NCBI GenBank assembly: GCA_950097015.1
Contig: CATNEN010000025.1
Span: forward strand, 7,502,001 to 7,566,000
Origin: Macrostomum hystrix
Lineage: Eukaryota; Animalia; Platyhelminthes
DNA: 64,000 nucleotides
Direction of reading: 5' to 3'
Below, one piece after another: positions 63,161 through 64,000 of this stretch. The translations under genes were made by a program, and so were the position numbers. Position 1 is the first letter of the stretch. Each line of letters starts with the position of its first letter. Below the pieces are notes generated by a model that saw nothing but the letters and a program-made list of their open reading frames with translations, did not search any database and was not told the origin of the DNA.

Positions 63161-64000
63161 AACTATTTTGAGAGTTTAATTATGATCGCACTATTTTAAG
63201 CGACAATCTATAGTTCCTACCTAAGCTCGTAGGATGATGAATCAGTAGAATACCGTGGAAGCTAGAAATGTAAGATTTGTTCTATTTCAGTGAACTGAAT
63301 AATATTTTATCCCCTAGCGAGATAGTTGATGGCGATTATTCTGACAGACGGACGTGAGCCGAACGAACAAACAGCAGTCTAATTTTCCGGTGTTTTCTCC
63401 GTTCAACTCGCGCGTCGTCTTTTGTCAGGTAAAACAGGACTCAAGAAAATCCATAACAATAATTAAAGCAAATTGCAAGACTCACCTCAGCGTTGTTAAA
63501 CTGTGATATGCTCGAGCGGATTAGAACTAATCCAGTAGGGGCGCGCTCATTAAATCCCATTTTCTGGTGGGGGTGTTGAGGTGGAGCTGGAATGAACCTG
63601 TCTCATGAATGGCCGGTGAGCTTGCTTGACTAGAGATTGTCAGTGTCCATTGATAAGACCCAGAGGGGAAGGACTGCTTTATCGCCGCTTATCGATAGAA
63701 AATCCTACTCCCATTCGATGCCCAAAATGGTTGCTCTCGTTTTGGAAGTTGAGCTTAGAGCTTCAACAAGGGTTTTCCAAGTCGCTCTCGGCCTGCGTGT
63801 GAATCTAACCGCTGTTGAATAATTTCTTGTAGGGCCTGTGCGGTTGGCTGCTACAGAAACTCAACTCGGCAGTCAAGGGAGGCTATTGCGCTTCTCATGG
63901 CCTGTCTAGGATAGAGGTGAATCACACAACGGAACGCCTCCGAGGAAGATAACGACGCAAAGGCAGAGCGGCGGCTCGCGACGGACTCAAAGGGTCGCAT

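Noticed and set aside
63300-64000. Start of a fourth gene at the window end
   Set aside because: CpG-richer sequence with one donor-like site, but no supportable ORF or homology.

Overview
Eukaryotic (metazoan) genomic DNA with GC-rich exons, AT-rich introns and about 30 different tandem arrays covering roughly 24 kb (about 38%, summed by eye). The composition is reminiscent of the flatworm Macrostomum, but that is an inference only. Three spliced protein-coding genes, all on +, can be rebuilt with phase-consistent junctions. (1) The 3' part of a divergent class C GPCR (mGluR/CaSR-like VFT, cysteine-rich domain, 7TM): exons <1-41, 1061-1709, 2102-2641, 4764-5261, including one GC-AG intron. 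(2) An Islet LIM-homeobox gene: exons 17237-17483, 21804-22180, 27552-27961, 31179-31514; its start codon was not located. (3) A complete Dachsous-like protocadherin: exons 45467-50912, 58022-59367, 60187-62010; 2871 aa, about 25 cadherin repeats. Most long ORFs in the supplied track are translations of tandem repeats, and the track misses the Islet LIM1 exon. I see no CRISPR, rRNA or intact transposon and no clear new biological system. The best leads are the distinct minisatellites packed against every Islet splice site, a 6-kb hairpin-forming 29-mer satellite, candidate alternative or poison exons next to 46-49 nt mini-introns, A/C-rich splice acceptors, and a possible spliced-leader-supplied start codon for Islet.
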